Part shown: positions 48,214-61,139 of the stretch, piece by piece
Position numbering within the stretch: position 1 is the stretch's first letter
Layout: each line of letters begins with the position of its first letter
Source: Podarcis gaigeae
Lineage: Eukaryota
NCBI GenBank assembly: GCA_964106915.2
Contig: OZ066916.1
Reading direction: 5' to 3' (one strand)
Length of the DNA: 64,000 nucleotides
The notes under the pieces: generated by a model
What the model was told of the DNA's origin: nothing
Seen by the model: only the letters and a program-made list of their open reading frames with translations
The model's database searches: none
Position numbers and translations under genes: made by a program

Positions 48214-50824
48214 TTTCACAAAAGCCTGCAGATCACTTGACTGATTTACATTTATTAGTGAGGCTGCTGGTTCACAGTTGTCAGGTTCAGGATACACATT
48301 TGTCCAGTTGATAATGCTCAGCTATATTATGAATCAAGCATCATTTCCTTTAGAAGGTCTTTTCTAGCCTGAAATGTAAAATGAGGTTTGGTGCTAATGC
48401 AGCCAGCATTCAGCAGACCAGGTGTCCAAGCCATTTGGTCTGTAGGCAGAAGTGCAAAATCACTTCAACATTTACCCCCTTACAAATTTCTGTGACACTA
48501 TAGTACATTTTATAGCGCCTTCTCCAAACACTCACTCTATGCATGGAGGAGGGAGCAGTATTGCACCACTGGCCACACTAACAATGTTGTCATTCCTGCT
48601 GGACCCACTCCAATATAATACTGATGTTCATGATTTGATTATTGGGTTAGGCAGATGTGGAGTGTCAGGGGTAGACACAGAATCATAGAATTGATGCCAC
48701 CTTGTGCGAGGTCATCATTTGATGCCTTCCCCCCGGCCCTTGCAGCATGGCTGTGGGCTTTGCGAAGAAAGTGCAAGGCTCTGGCAAGATCCTAGAGCCC
48801 TTCCTCCTCCTCCTTCCCAAAGCCTGATAAGTGCTTGCTTGGCTTTGGAAAGGAGGCAGGAGAACTCTAGGACCTTGTCAGTGTCCTCACACCTCTTTCG
48901 TAAAACCAGGCTTTGAGAAGCTCCCCCCCCCCGGGCTGTGCACTCAGTGCTGCTGCATCACTCACACTCATAGCTGTCAACCTTCCCTTTTTTTGCGGGA
49001 AATCCCCTTCCCGCTGCTATCCCAAATTGTTAGATATCCCATAGACTGTCCCTGGGACAGGTGAGGCTGCTGATCCCTTATTTTCAAATCTGAAAGTTGA
49101 CACCTATGCTCACACTGCCATAAATCCTCCTCAGGGTGTGTGGAAAGCTGAAATACGGCATTTCCAGATTGCCTGTTTATCGAGTATATGTTTGAGAGCA
49201 TGGTGCATCAAAACAGGTGGCTTTCCATACTCCTCAGTGCATTTACTCATCACTTTCCTTCTTGCAAAAAGGAACAGCATGATTGGGGACAGCATGATTG
49301 TTGCCCATAGCTCCTAAACTAACCATAATCATGCAGCTTGATTTTGCTAGTAGGTGGTTGAATCCCACCCCCCAAGGTAGCAAAACTCTGGAAGTGTCCT
49401 GTTCATATTTTGGAAATGACACCTTTAACGCCTTTTGATTTTGCTCTCTTAAAATGGCCCAGCATCCTGCAAAGCTCTCTCTCTTCCCCTCCACCCCCCT
49501 CTTAACCAACTGGGTATATTTATTTTATATATATATAGTTTACTGTATCACATCTTTCCCCCATATGTTTATTTAAACAATTGCACTGAAGCATGGCTTT
49601 CATACTTTGATCCCAGCTTCCTTGCAGTCTTTTATTAGATTTTTTAAAGGAAGCTTGAATGTAGCCTTCAATTGTTATTGTTAATCACCAAGGCAATACA
49701 TGTACCTCTATGGAGTGTAGACTGTCAAAGGTTCAAGTCACTTAGTTATGGCTAACATTTATGTAGCTCATCATTAGCCCTGTGACTTCCTGAAGGCGCT
49801 CATAGTTTAAAAACTACATTTAACACTACAGTGTCATGTTCAGAACTGTTGCGAGATCCCACAGAAAAAGCAGCTGAGGTGAGGCTGAGAGCAAAGTTGC
49901 TGAACCAAGTCAGCAACCATTGTTTACATAAAAATGTTCAGACCATCTTAACCAAATAAAGCAGAAATGGCATAGGATACGTATGACCAAGTACATGCAA
50001 AATTGATTTAGATTGGCTATAGACTGACCTGTCCATCCCTTGTGTCGCCTCGCAAATTGAAGTTGTACAGTGAGGGGAGTTTGCTACTTCAGTGAAAACT
50101 TGGCCATAGTTAAAAGCAGGTTAATGGAGAGCCTTATGTAGATTTTGTGAATGCACAAAGGACAAAAGTATGTTTGCATTCTTTGCATTCATTTTGTGGC
50201 TTGACATTTAAGCATAATCCTTGAATCAGGGTGACTGGAATCTGGTGCATAACAATTTCACTTCCTGCCTGCATTGATATTTCCCAGGACATAAGGTTGA
50301 AACTCTGTGGAGGTTTGAGATGCTGCTGTGTTGCTGAAGAGATAATCAGATATTATCCATCGCTAGCAGGATTTATTTTATGAACTTTGATCTTTTATTA
50401 CAACATTGTTTCTTCAAAGGCATTGTTTGTTCAATTGGATTTCTCCACAAAGTAACAACAAATACTTAGTCAAATAAGAGCACTTGTAATGATGTTAAAA
50501 AATACAGGGCATATAATGCCTTTTATTGGGTTCATTAATGTCCAAAATGCTGAAGGTGCGAGCTTTGGAGTCACATAAAACTGTATCAGATTTAAGTGTT
50601 CAAAGCAACAGTAATGAAAGTATAAATAAATAAATTGAAATTCTATAAAAAAAGTCAGCATGAACTTTTTCATTATTCAGTAAGAAGCAATCAATTGTTC
50701 AACTTGCCTGCTGATGTGTCCAATTTTATTTTACCTATAACAAATGCTAATTATATCCTGTTAACATTTGCAAAAGCACAGCCATAATATTTTGAACAGG
50801 TGTAGCTTCTGTTTTAAATGCAAA

Positions 50825-51207
50825 ACGGGAATGCAGACATCTCTTGAAATTTGCAGTTCTCTCATTTTGGAAATGTAGTTCTAGAGCTAAGTAATAGATA
50901 CCAAAATGCATATGCAATAGTAAAGTGTGCACAAAAATGCATTCATATGAGAAAATAACATAAGTAATGCATTACACTGGGGAACATCATTTTGCAAAAT
51001 TGTATATATTTGGGCATAATTGCATACAAAAATGCATATGCTAGGCAACATTCACATGCAAATGCTGATGAATTTTCATGAACACCTTTTAAAAAAATAA
51101 TAACAATAACCATAGACTAATATGGGCACATGGAGAACTGAATTTAAACTTGGAAAAATGAGAAACAGAGAGCAACAAAAAATGACAGATTTGACCTTCC
51201 CTCCTAG
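50825..51207. mobile_element. Old non-autonomous DNA transposon (same family as 47833-48213)
   Basis: aaatgctgatgaatttt...ggagaactgaatttaa...aaatgagaaac is the reverse homologue of 47870-47970. Confidence 0.55.
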
Positions 51208-51594
51208 TGGGAATCTTTGTAAATCAAGGTGGGTGAAAGGGATGGGGCAAAGGAAAGGAAGTTGCCTTCCTCCATTTTTCAGGTACCCCAAATGGCTGCA
51301 GTTTTTTTCAGCCTTTGCAATACCAGGAAACATCCATAGAACTGTGAATAGAGTTCCACATATGTAACAGGGCTACCCTGCTTTCTCCTTTGTACTGCAG
51401 CTTTTTGCATTGCTTCAGAAGTCATTCCTGATTATTGAGGGACCCTCCAGAATGTTGTGGGATATGGCATGGGAAGCACAGCAGGAGAAAGAGGAATTGC
51501 CAGAAATCAGAGACCCTTCTTGTACAAACTAAGGTGTCTCCGGTATTAATAAATTTAAGGCTGCCATCCTATAGCCACTCACCTTAGCATAAGT

Positions 51595-52218
51595 TGTCTT
51601 CGTAGCCGAGTAAGATTGTCTTTCATGAACACGGTCTTAACAGTGTGTCCATAGGTGACTGTGGAGGCCAATTCACAACCTTCCACAGTGGGGACATAGG
51701 TTTCTGGGTGGGAATTGATCAAACGTGCCTTCATCTTAGCTTGTTTCTCTCTTTCATCCTGAGTTTGAGGGTCTTCAAAGTCCATGACACCTTTGGTAAA
51801 GGCTCTTCTCTAACTGGAACACTCACAGGCCAGTGTTTCCCAATTGTCAGTGTTTATACTACAATTTTTCTTTAGATTTGCATTGAGAGAGTCTTTAAAC
51901 CTCTTTTGTTGACCACCAGCATCACACTTTCCATTTTTACGTTCAGAATAGAGTAGTTGCTTTGGAAGATGATAACCATGCATCCGAACAACATGACCTG
52001 TTCAACGAAGTTGATGTTGAAGAATCATTGCTTCAACATTGGTGATCTTTGCTTCTTTTAGTGCGCTGACATTAGTTCATATATAATGTATTTTTTTTCC
52101 GGAGATACCGTTGATGGAATCTTTTGAGGAGTTGGGGATAGTGGTCCATGTTTCACAAGTGTACAGTAAGGTTGATAGTACAATAGCTTTGTAAACAAGC
52201 ATTTTGGTTTCTCTGTGA
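51595..52218 (-). mobile_element. RTE-clade LINE 3' fragment
   Basis: Minus translation TKMLVYKAIVLSTLLYTCETWT...EAMILQHQLR*TGHVVRM...LPKQLLYSE...GGQQKRFKDSL...WETLA; possible TSD ATAAGT. Confidence 0.88.
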
Positions 52219-52245
52219 ATAAGTAAGCCTCACTGGACTCAATAA

Positions 52246-52475
52246 AGGACTGTAGCTCAGTATTAGAGCACTAGGACTTTGCATGTGGAATCTGCTGGGT
52301 TCAGTTTCTGGCATCTCTGGATAGGGCTTAATGATAACTCTGAGCTTGGTGTGAAATCTTGTTCTGAAAGGTAACTCAGAACTCTATTTGAAATCCTGGA
52401 GAATTGCTGCCACCCAATGTTGATAACACTACCCTAGATGGACCAAAGACCTTACTTGAGATAACACCTGTTCCA
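52246..52475 (+). mobile_element. tRNA-derived SINE (Squam2-like), old
   Basis: ggactgtagctcagtattagagcac...gggttcagtttctggcatctc...cctggagaattgctgcca...ctagatggaccaaag. Confidence 0.7.
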
Positions 52476-53439
52476 AATAGACATGTATAAGACTGCATTG
52501 TAAAGCTATTGTGACATGCTAACGGTTTGCCTGTAATGCACCTTTGAGCATAGCTCAAAACATGACAATAAAATTCGGGAGTCACAAAGACTAAGGAAGA
52601 GTGCAAATGCCCTGGTTGCTCATGGAATTATCATTTCATTTTATATGTTTTTTAAAAAGACACCTCTACTGTAGGCAAGGGGATATTTCAATGAAGCTGG
52701 GCCTGTCATTTTCTACTGAATGCCTTTACAAATATATTTTAGTTATCAAGACCTAACCCGCTGCTCACTCAGATTTGGCATGCTGGAAAAAACTTGCAAA
52801 CAAGGATTCAGACTTCAGTGTAGACATGGGGCAGTCAAGACGCTAAAGATTTTTAGGAGGTCAAATGCTTTGATAAGGAAATGGCACAGTAAGCAACAGT
52901 TTAAGCTAAAATAATTTTGTCTGGGTAGCAATAGTCATATCAAAATAGTAGTCATGGGAATTACACATACAATTTCCCCAGATGCCTTGGAAACTGCAGC
53001 CTTAATTTTTATTGGTCTAAGGAATAAGTTGAAACTTATTGAGCAGATGACTATTTAAAAAGAAGATGCTTTAGCCACACAAAGCAGACCTCCATTGTAA
53101 ATCCATCCAGAAATAGCTACCATACAAGTCCCCAGTGTGTCATTTTCTTGCCGGCATGTGCTTTTTCAGACAATTATTGTTTGCATGCTATTCTGGAACA
53201 CCAAAAGTTTACGAGCTGTGGCTAAATATGTCATCAAACTCGTTTGTTAAAGTGTCATTAATGGGGTTTGCTTTGAACAATGGAGTTCTGAAGCTTGCTC
53301 TTGGCGCATGGCAATGACCAGGATCTGCTTCGTTAATGCAACATAATCAAGCATGAAGTGGTGCCAGCAGAATTATGTGGCCATGTGTTGTTAGTGCAGC
53401 ACTGATGCTATGGCAGTGTGACATGCTGATAAACAACGG

Positions 53440-53722
53440 CTTGGATCTAGACTTTGCTCCTGCCGATGGAAGCATGGAAGTGACTTGTTCCAAATTCCCT
53501 TCCTCACTGCATCTCCTTGCACCCCACAAAATTCTGCTCCAGAGGGATGGGGGACTCTCCAAAAGCATTCAGGGGATTTCACTAGGTTGTAGGGGGGAAA
53601 TGAGAATCTGCCAAAGTCCCCCACCCCACTTGCTGCCCGTGAAACCTCCTGATTGGATCAATAACATTTTGTAGATGTAAGGAGCAATTCCATTTGTGGA
53701 ATGCCAAGTTTGGATCTAATCC
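53440..53722. mobile_element. Old palindromic DNA-transposon remnant
   Basis: ttggatctaga...tttggatctaa ends; core ccc..aa.tctgctccagaggg shared with about 55790-55840 and 32850-32910. Confidence 0.5.
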
Positions 53723-53781
53723 AGTTATGGCACATTATTATGCACATCTGTGCAGAAGGAAGGTAAGAATATAGAGTTCCA

Positions 53782-54145
53782 CAGGGCTTTTTTTCAGCCA
53801 GAGCTCAGCTCTGGCACCTTTCAGGTGGGCACCATTGCTATTCTAAGAGAACAAGGGAGAAGTTCATGGGGAGCTTCGGCACTTCTTTTTCTAGGAAACA
53901 TAGTACAGTGGTACCTCGGGTTAAGTACTTAATTCGTTCCGGAGGTCTGTTCTTAACCTGAAACTGTTCTTAACCTGAAGCACCACTTTAGCTAATGGGG
54001 CCTCCTGCTGCCGCCGGAGCATCTGTTCTCATCTTGAAGCAAGGTTCTTAACCCGAGGTATTACCGGTATTTCTGGGTTAGTGGAGTCTGTAACCTGAAG
54101 CGTCTGTAACCTGAAGCGTATGTAACCCAAGATACCACTGTACTG
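53782..54145. mobile_element. hAT MITE with a mariner MITE inserted in its right TIR
   Basis: Homologue of 33114-33252; TSD gagttcca/ggattcca. Confidence 0.8.
53906..54140. mobile_element. Tc1/mariner MITE, copy 6
   Basis: TIR CAGTGGTACCTCGGGTT...ATACCACTG, TA TSD. Confidence 0.92.
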
Positions 54146-54269
54146 GGATTCCAGCATAAAAGGTTTATGACTCTGATCAGCATTTCAGAGGGTATTTTGT
54201 GCACTTGTTTTGGTTCCAGGGTTGTAGGGAGAAGGGTCAGTTTTGAAGTATAGCTGTGTTTTGGTTCAT

Positions 54270-54342
54270 GTTAAGGTGCTACTGGAAGGAATTTTTGTTT
54301 TGTTTTGACTATGGCAGACCAACACAGCTACCTATCTGTAAC
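54270..54342. mobile_element. Penelope-like terminal fragment (reverse of 10856-10993)
   Basis: ttaaggtgctactggaaggaattttt...gactatggcagaccaacacagctacc. Confidence 0.65.
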
Positions 54343-57000
54343 CGCTTTGAGAAGTGTTAATTAGGAAGTTTCTCATTTAAATGTTAACCAAACTGAAGTT
54401 CTACTCCATCCATGTGAGAACCAGCATGATTAACACTCAGGACTTGTGCTGTGAGCCTTCCACAGAGACACCAGCAGCTTCCCAGAAGAGATTGCAGTAG
54501 GTGAAAATGACTTAGAACAGCCATGCGAAACACTACCAGGAGACTGCCACGTGGTTTTGTCCCCAGGGACAAAAGGGAATAGTGTAAATGTTGCTATTCT
54601 AAAATATTTAAATCTGTCCAAGGTGGACAGAAATGTCCCGACAAGCTGCCCAAGCCTTAAGAAAGTGGGCTTATAACAATGAACAAACCCTGCCAATGTT
54701 AGGCCCTTCTCCCTAAGAAGCTGCACTGAGTTTAATGAGATACATACATGTGGATTAAGATCCCGAGTGACTAGTTTTCTGTCTTGTTGCATTTTATTGA
54801 GTTGCTCCGTAATTCAATCTCAACAAGGCAATTGTCCAGTGGGTGGCGAACAGCATGTTAACCTTTCCACAAGTAAAATATACCCCCAAGTCTCTTGCCT
54901 GTTATAAAGGCAGTTGATCTGGTTTAGTTCATTTTCCACTCAGCAGAATGTCATACATGGTTGAACTATAAGAAGCTGTGGAGGGGAGGGTGAAGAATGA
55001 GGAAAGCAGCCAATAAAAATCAAGTGAGGTTTACTCATTTTCCCAAAGAGATACTGCTGACCTGCCCTATTCAACTCAACAAGTCTCCTTTACATTCCCC
55101 ATCTGACTTCAGTACTGCATATGAATGAACAAATGTGTTATATCTTGCCACTAGAATGTTCATTTAAATAAACATGCAAGGGAGAGATAAATACTGGGCA
55201 GTTGATTGCATACCATAAACTCACTGTTAAGTCATTTAACTGTTGTTTTGATAGGATGGTGTTCTGTCAAATCCTTGTGTTTATTCTTGGAAGAAATTTC
55301 ATAGACTTTTCAAAATGGAGACATATTTGATAGGAACATTACCATTCTTCATAGCCTACAAAAACAAGAATTACAAGGAAGGATGCATACTTTGTTCCAG
55401 CCTTCAATTTCTTCAGCTGCTTTGCATCCCTTATTAACCAAGTGCATGGGTGCATCGATAAAACACTGCAAAACAGTCATCTTAAGGTGATAACACACTG
55501 CAAAAAACTTTAAAATCTTTACATGCGATTACATAAGTGTATTTGTGTGTGTGTTTTACAGATGTACTTATGTGCTCCACAGTATAGGTAAGCCACCATT
55601 CATGAAATGCCTTGATATAATTGTACATACATATTTGTTTTGTGGTCTTTTAATGCACACGCAAACATTGGTGAAGCAGCACAAAAAATAATAATCTTGT
55701 AATCACGTGTACAATCCAATCAAATCTACTAATGTCTCCCCTCCCATCTGCAACAGAACTTTCTTCCCCCATCCTCCTTCATGCATGCCCTTCCCCAAAT
55801 CTGCTCCAGAGGGTAGAGGGACCCCTAGAACATATTTGGCACCAGAATTTTTAGTTTCCCAGGATTTTCAGTCTTTTGGTTTTAAATATTTGTTGTGACT
55901 TAGTGGCCCTTTGGATATTTCTGGAATTTTAAGACCTGTGAATCTTTGGTGCTGCTGTGGGTTTGATTTATTGATGTTATTTTCTGTTGCTGGCTTGATG
56001 TGGTATTAGATTTCATAGTTTTAGTTTCGTACGCAACATTTTTCAACTTTTACTGTCAGTTGTCCAGAGAACTTTAGTTATGGGTGGCATATAAATAGTG
56101 TAAATAAATAAATACGCCATCCAGAATCCTATTCAGAATTCATATTCCTAAGCACATAATAGGAAGAATACTGTAATGGACTTCCTTTGCACCCCCATGC
56201 TGGTAATTGGAAATGGAACCGCATAATATTATGCCGTCCCTTGAAGTAATTTTCTTTGGATGGAGGGACAATAATGCTATGGTTATCCACGTATTGGGGC
56301 CTATAGAAAAGCAACAAGAGTGATACCATATAATCTCAATGCCATATTCTCTTCCACCAAAATGCTGGAGTGGAATCCTAAGCTTCTCAAAAATAAATAA
56401 ATGCAACTTTGTTTTTCTCTTCTGCAGGTCATAAACAATGGGAACACTTGCAGTCAGTTAATTAATAGTTACCCTATATATCTACTCTTGCGGGGGAGGG
56501 GAAAGCACTCTCTTTACTTGCGCCATTTTAGTAATATATTCAATGTGATCGGACTCTTACCAAACGAAACCTCCACGGTGTAAAGTGTTTCCCAACCTTT
56601 GCAGGGTTTTTACCAAATTCACTTTAACTTTAAGGCAAGAATGAACTACACTCATTTCCACCTTCCTTTTCTTATCTTCCTTCTGGTATCATACATTGTT
56701 CGCTCCCTAAGTAGGTATTGAAAGTATGCAAGAACTTTTCAGAATATTAATGGCTTGTCAACACAGGGCCAAAATAAATGTACTGCTATCCATTATAAGT
56801 AATGAACACTGATCAAGAACAATCCTAGACGGCCAGAGATCAAAAACTGTAGCTAAGAAACATAACCAAAGAACAGGCTTGTGTGCATTCAAGCCTAGAG
56901 ACACACACAGCCTATGGTAAACCATAGTTCAGGGCTGCTTGCCTGCTTTTGGTTTTTATTTACTCAGCAGCAGCTCTAGAGACAGAGCAACATCTCTAAC

Positions 57001-57396
57001 AGTTCAGACATTTGATGCCAAGCCACAGTTAGCACAAATTATTGTTTGTAAATCCACTTAAAACCATTGCTCCCTACGCCGGTTTGCTGGTCCTTTGCAA
57101 ATCATGGTTTGTCAATACAGTGGTACATCGGGTTACAGACGCTTCATGTTACAGGCTCCACCAACCCAGAAATAGTACCTTGGGTTAAGAACTTTGCTTC
57201 AGGATGAGAATAGAAATCGCGCGGCGGCAGCGGGAGGCCCCATTATCTAAAGTGGTACCTCATGTTAAGAACAGTTTCAGGTTAAGAACGGACCTTCAGA
57301 ACAAATTAAGTTCTTAACCTGAGGCACCACTGTACAGAACTCACGGTGAACCATAGTTAAGGTTCCTTAACAATGAAGTGATGTGATGTCTGAACT
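57001..57396. mobile_element. Old palindromic element hosting a mariner MITE
   Basis: Terminal inverted repeat agttcagacat/atgtctgaact; aaccat.gtt-type internal motifs. Confidence 0.55.
57118..57332. mobile_element. Tc1/mariner MITE, copy 7
   Basis: TIR CAGTGGTACATC...GAGGCACCACTG, TA TSD. Confidence 0.9.
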
Positions 57397-58243
57397 GGGT
57401 CTATTCTCATGACTCAACCATGCTCAACTACTTATTTGTACATTGAGGAGAATAAAGACATATATTGGCACTGGGGAACCCCCCCCCCGAGATAAATGAA
57501 TAATTTAGAATTGCCCTAATATATAACAGACACATACAGTTAGGTTTGTCAATGTGGAGGGCAGATAGGAAAAGGGCAGTGATCAAAATTATTTTAGGTA
57601 TGAATCACCAAATGTTTACATCGGCCTTACTGATATTACTGGAAATTTCCACATGACTGGTGGAAATTATTTATTATTTACTTATGCAAGTGGATGTATT
57701 TCCTGCTGTATCCCAAGGGTTAGAGGTTTGGCTACAACACTAAGATTAAAATTTGATTTTAAAAATCCTAACTACAATGCCTTTTGAAATACCAAAATAC
57801 AATATGAGACTTACAATTACTTGCCTTTAAAATCCAACTGCAAAGGAATTGTCTGGTAATGTTTCTTGACAATGCTAATTAAGTCCCACAGTTGGACAAG
57901 TTCCCTAAGAAAGAGAGGCTCCACCACGGAGAATATCTCTTGTTATGTTCTTGTGGAAAAGATGACCTGTGGCAAATGACATCATCTAGAGGTTTTTACC
58001 GATTGATCTTTATCACGCTAAAGCAGACCATTAGAAGGGAAAAATGCCTATAGCTTGGAGAAACACTTAACAACTTTACAGTTTATTGGACCAAAAATAT
58101 TTTTCTCTTTGTTCATGATTTTGGGAGTACTGTTTATGTTGATTTAAAGTTTCAAAAAACTGATGGATATAATTTAATGCTTAATGTCGGTTTAATGTTG
58201 CAGTGCTCATTTTACTACAGATGACCTGTGTGTTCTCTCTTAA

Positions 58244-58436
58244 GGGCCAGATTCAACTAAATAGTTCTGCTAGCAGAAGCCAGTGCAACGAGTCCCACTA
58301 GCATAATAGGGTTCCCCCCTTCTCCTTTGACCACCCAAAAATTGACTCAGAGTTTTGGGATAACACTCATGGGGAGGAAGAGGGGAGATCGTTCTGCAGT
58401 GGAATGATAGTAATAGTGCAATGTTGAATTGCACCC
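58244..58436. mobile_element. PIF/Harbinger-type (Chompy-like) MITE
   Basis: Termini gggccagattcaac/gttgaattgcaccc with 3-bp TAA TSD. Confidence 0.65.
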
Positions 58437-59229
58437 TAAGTCCCCCTCCTGGTATTTGGAAGAACCATTTGTGCTACTGATATTATAATTAGATACGAAG
58501 GAATGCACAGCGTCATGCATGAGGATTAATCAAAATACCAGCACATTGGTTTCAGAGTGAGATGCACACTAGTCTTTTCTCTATAACATGTGTTCTTCAG
58601 AGCTAGTATCCTGATGACTTGAAAATGTATATGACCCACTCTGAGCCTTTAGCCTTTAGAACAGGGCAGGTTATAAATCTAAAAAAAGATTTACAGTACT
58701 GCTGGTAAATGAGGCCAGAGAAATCCCTTTCATGAACCATGCCAATGGAAAAAAAGCCTGCCAAAATATACTATATAGCACAGAGTTTCTACCTCCTTAA
58801 AGACATTGTGCAGGACATTGATGAACACAAGCAGTGAGATGTCTTTTAAAGACATGCACAATTAGCATTAGTGGCATGAAAAACTGGATTAAGACTGTGA
58901 AGATATGTATCATCCTACTTCCCTCTGTGGCTTGAATCCATAGAACTTGCACTTTCAAGCCAAGTGGCTGACATCATTACTCTGTCATTAATCCCTGGCT
59001 TGTGTTACAGACTTACAATGGAAAGAAAACATTGTTCCAGAAAATAGTTGAGCATGCAGTGATCTAACCTTGAAGTTGTTTACCAATTAGACAGCTTTCC
59101 AATACTCAAGTACATGTGTGATTTAAATATCCCAGAAAGGAAGGCAAAAATGTAATATTCATGTACAGAACTTAATACAGGAATGGGGGAAAGAGAACTA
59201 TTGAATTGGATCATCGCCAAGACATGGAA

Positions 59230-59283
59230 GGTGGCCTGGGGCAACCCCGTCAGATGGGTGGGGTATTATTATTATTATTATTA
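59230..59283 (+). mobile_element. Extremely 5'-truncated L2 tail
   Basis: gtggcctggggcaaccccgtcagatgggtggggta(tta)n is homologous to the 3' end of the L2 at 33740-33780. Confidence 0.7.
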
Positions 59284-59610
59284 AATAATCTTTCTGAGAA
59301 TGACACCAAGCAAGTTGCGGAGAAAAGAGAATGTGGCCTAGTTTCCTAACTCCTCCCTGCATATCTATATTTATATATATATCATATTAATAAACTAGAG
59401 ACTCTTGTCTTAAACATCAAATATAAGAGTCTATGTTTGATATATACATTTTAAAGGGGGGCAACTAACCTCTGTTTACCCATATGCAGTTGTCATTTTC
59501 GTCAGTCTCCCCCCAATGGATCCAAGGGTACCTCTGTCTTCCTTGATGTTTAATCTAGTATAATACCACTTTTGTTGACCTCTGTCCTCAGCTAGTAGCC
59601 TCTCATAGAG

Positions 59611-59946
59611 TAGGGATATGGAACCTCAGTCCTGGAGGTCAAATGCAGCCCTCAGGACCATTCCAGGTCATACCTGACCTGCACCACACACCCCTCACCT
59701 GCTCTGCTTCCTCCTCAAGTGCTGTTGCTTGCCTGGAATGTTTACCTGAATTGAGATAATGCCTCTTGCTTGTCTGGATTGAGAGGTGTGCATGTAGAAA
59801 CCTCTGAGTTACTGTAGTAGAACCTGCTGTGCAAAGGTAAGAGTCACATCCATTGCTACACCCACCTTGGCCTCTGGCTGCACTCACTGCTGACAAGTGG
59901 CCCTTGGAAGGGAATGCAGCTTTTGGGGTGGGGTTCCCCACCACTG
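59611..59946. mobile_element. hAT-Charlie-type non-autonomous element, old
   Basis: Termini tagggatatggaacc/ggttccccaccactg, TSD tcatagag/ccctagag. Confidence 0.65.
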
Positions 59947-60471
59947 CCCTAGAGAATCCAGTATTAAAGGATTGCTTGTATCTTTCCCAAGCATTATGAG
60001 ATGAATTGCTTAGGAACTATGAGCACGATCCAGTACAAAGTCCTGCCTCTTGCATAACTCCCACCCAGAGCATGCATAGAACACCTGCCTGGTGGATTGT
60101 GCTTCTAAAAACCCATCCATCTGTTTAAATGGGCCTAAGAAGACATTCAGCTCCACTCTGCAAATCTTTGCACCCCATAATTGTCCTGGTTTTAAAGATA
60201 TTGACCTTGGGTGCATTTTTTTTTAAAAAAAACAAACTCTCCAGGATGTTCTTTGAAAACCAAACAATGGTTTGCTTTCATATCTGGAATCAGGATGTGA
60301 TAATGGGGTTAATGGTGTATTGCTTCTGCTGTTATATAATTCAGTCAAATGGAACATCCAGTTGGTCTGTGAAAGGATAACCTGGTCCAAGAAGAAAATC
60401 ATAGTGCTGGAAAATATCTCTAAGATTGTTGAGTCATTATTGACAGAATTACCTTATCTAAAGCATACCAA

Positions 60472-61139
60472 CAAAATATGGTCTGAAGCTCCACATCAAA
60501 AAACTAAGAACCTTCCTGGCAAATAGAAGGGGAAGAAATGGAGGCAGTAAGAGATTTTACTTTCTTGGGCTCCATAATCACTGCAGATAGTAACAGCAAT
60601 CACAAAATTAAAAGACGCCTGCTCCTTGGGAGAAAGGCGATGGCAAACCTAGACAGCATCTTAAAAAGCAGAGACATCACCTTGCCAACAAAGGTCCGTA
60701 TAGTTAAAGCTATGGTTTTCCTAGTAGTGATGTATGGAAGTGAGAGCTGGACCATAAAGAAGGCCGAAGAATTGATGCTTTTGAATTATGGCATTGGAGG
60801 AGACTCTTGAGAGTCCCATGGACTGCAAGAAGATCAAACCTATCCATTCTGAAGGAAATCAGCCCTGAGTGCTCACTGGAAGGACAGATCGTGAAGCTGA
60901 GGCTCCAATACTTTGGTCACCTCATGAGACTCCCTGGAAAAGACCCTGATGTTGGGAAAGATGGAGGGCACAAGGAGAAGGGGACAACAGAGGACAAGAT
61001 GGTTGGACAGTGTTCTCAAAGCTACTAAAATGAGTTTGACCAAACTGCGGGAGGCAGTGGAAGACAGGAGTGCCTGGCGTGCTCTGATCCATGGGGTCAC
61101 GAAGAGTCAGACACGACTAAATGACTAAACAACAACAAC
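60472..61139 (+). mobile_element. Bov-B (RTE) LINE, 5'-truncated
   Basis: MEAVRDFTFLGS...IKRRLLLGRKAMANLDSILKSRDITLPTKVRIVKAMVF.VVMYG.ESWTIKKAE, RVPWTARRSNLSILKEISPECSLEG..KL.LQYFGHLMR; 3' end catggggtcacgaagagtcagacacgact, (CAA)n tail; 12-bp TSD AAAGCATACCAA. Confidence 0.95.
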
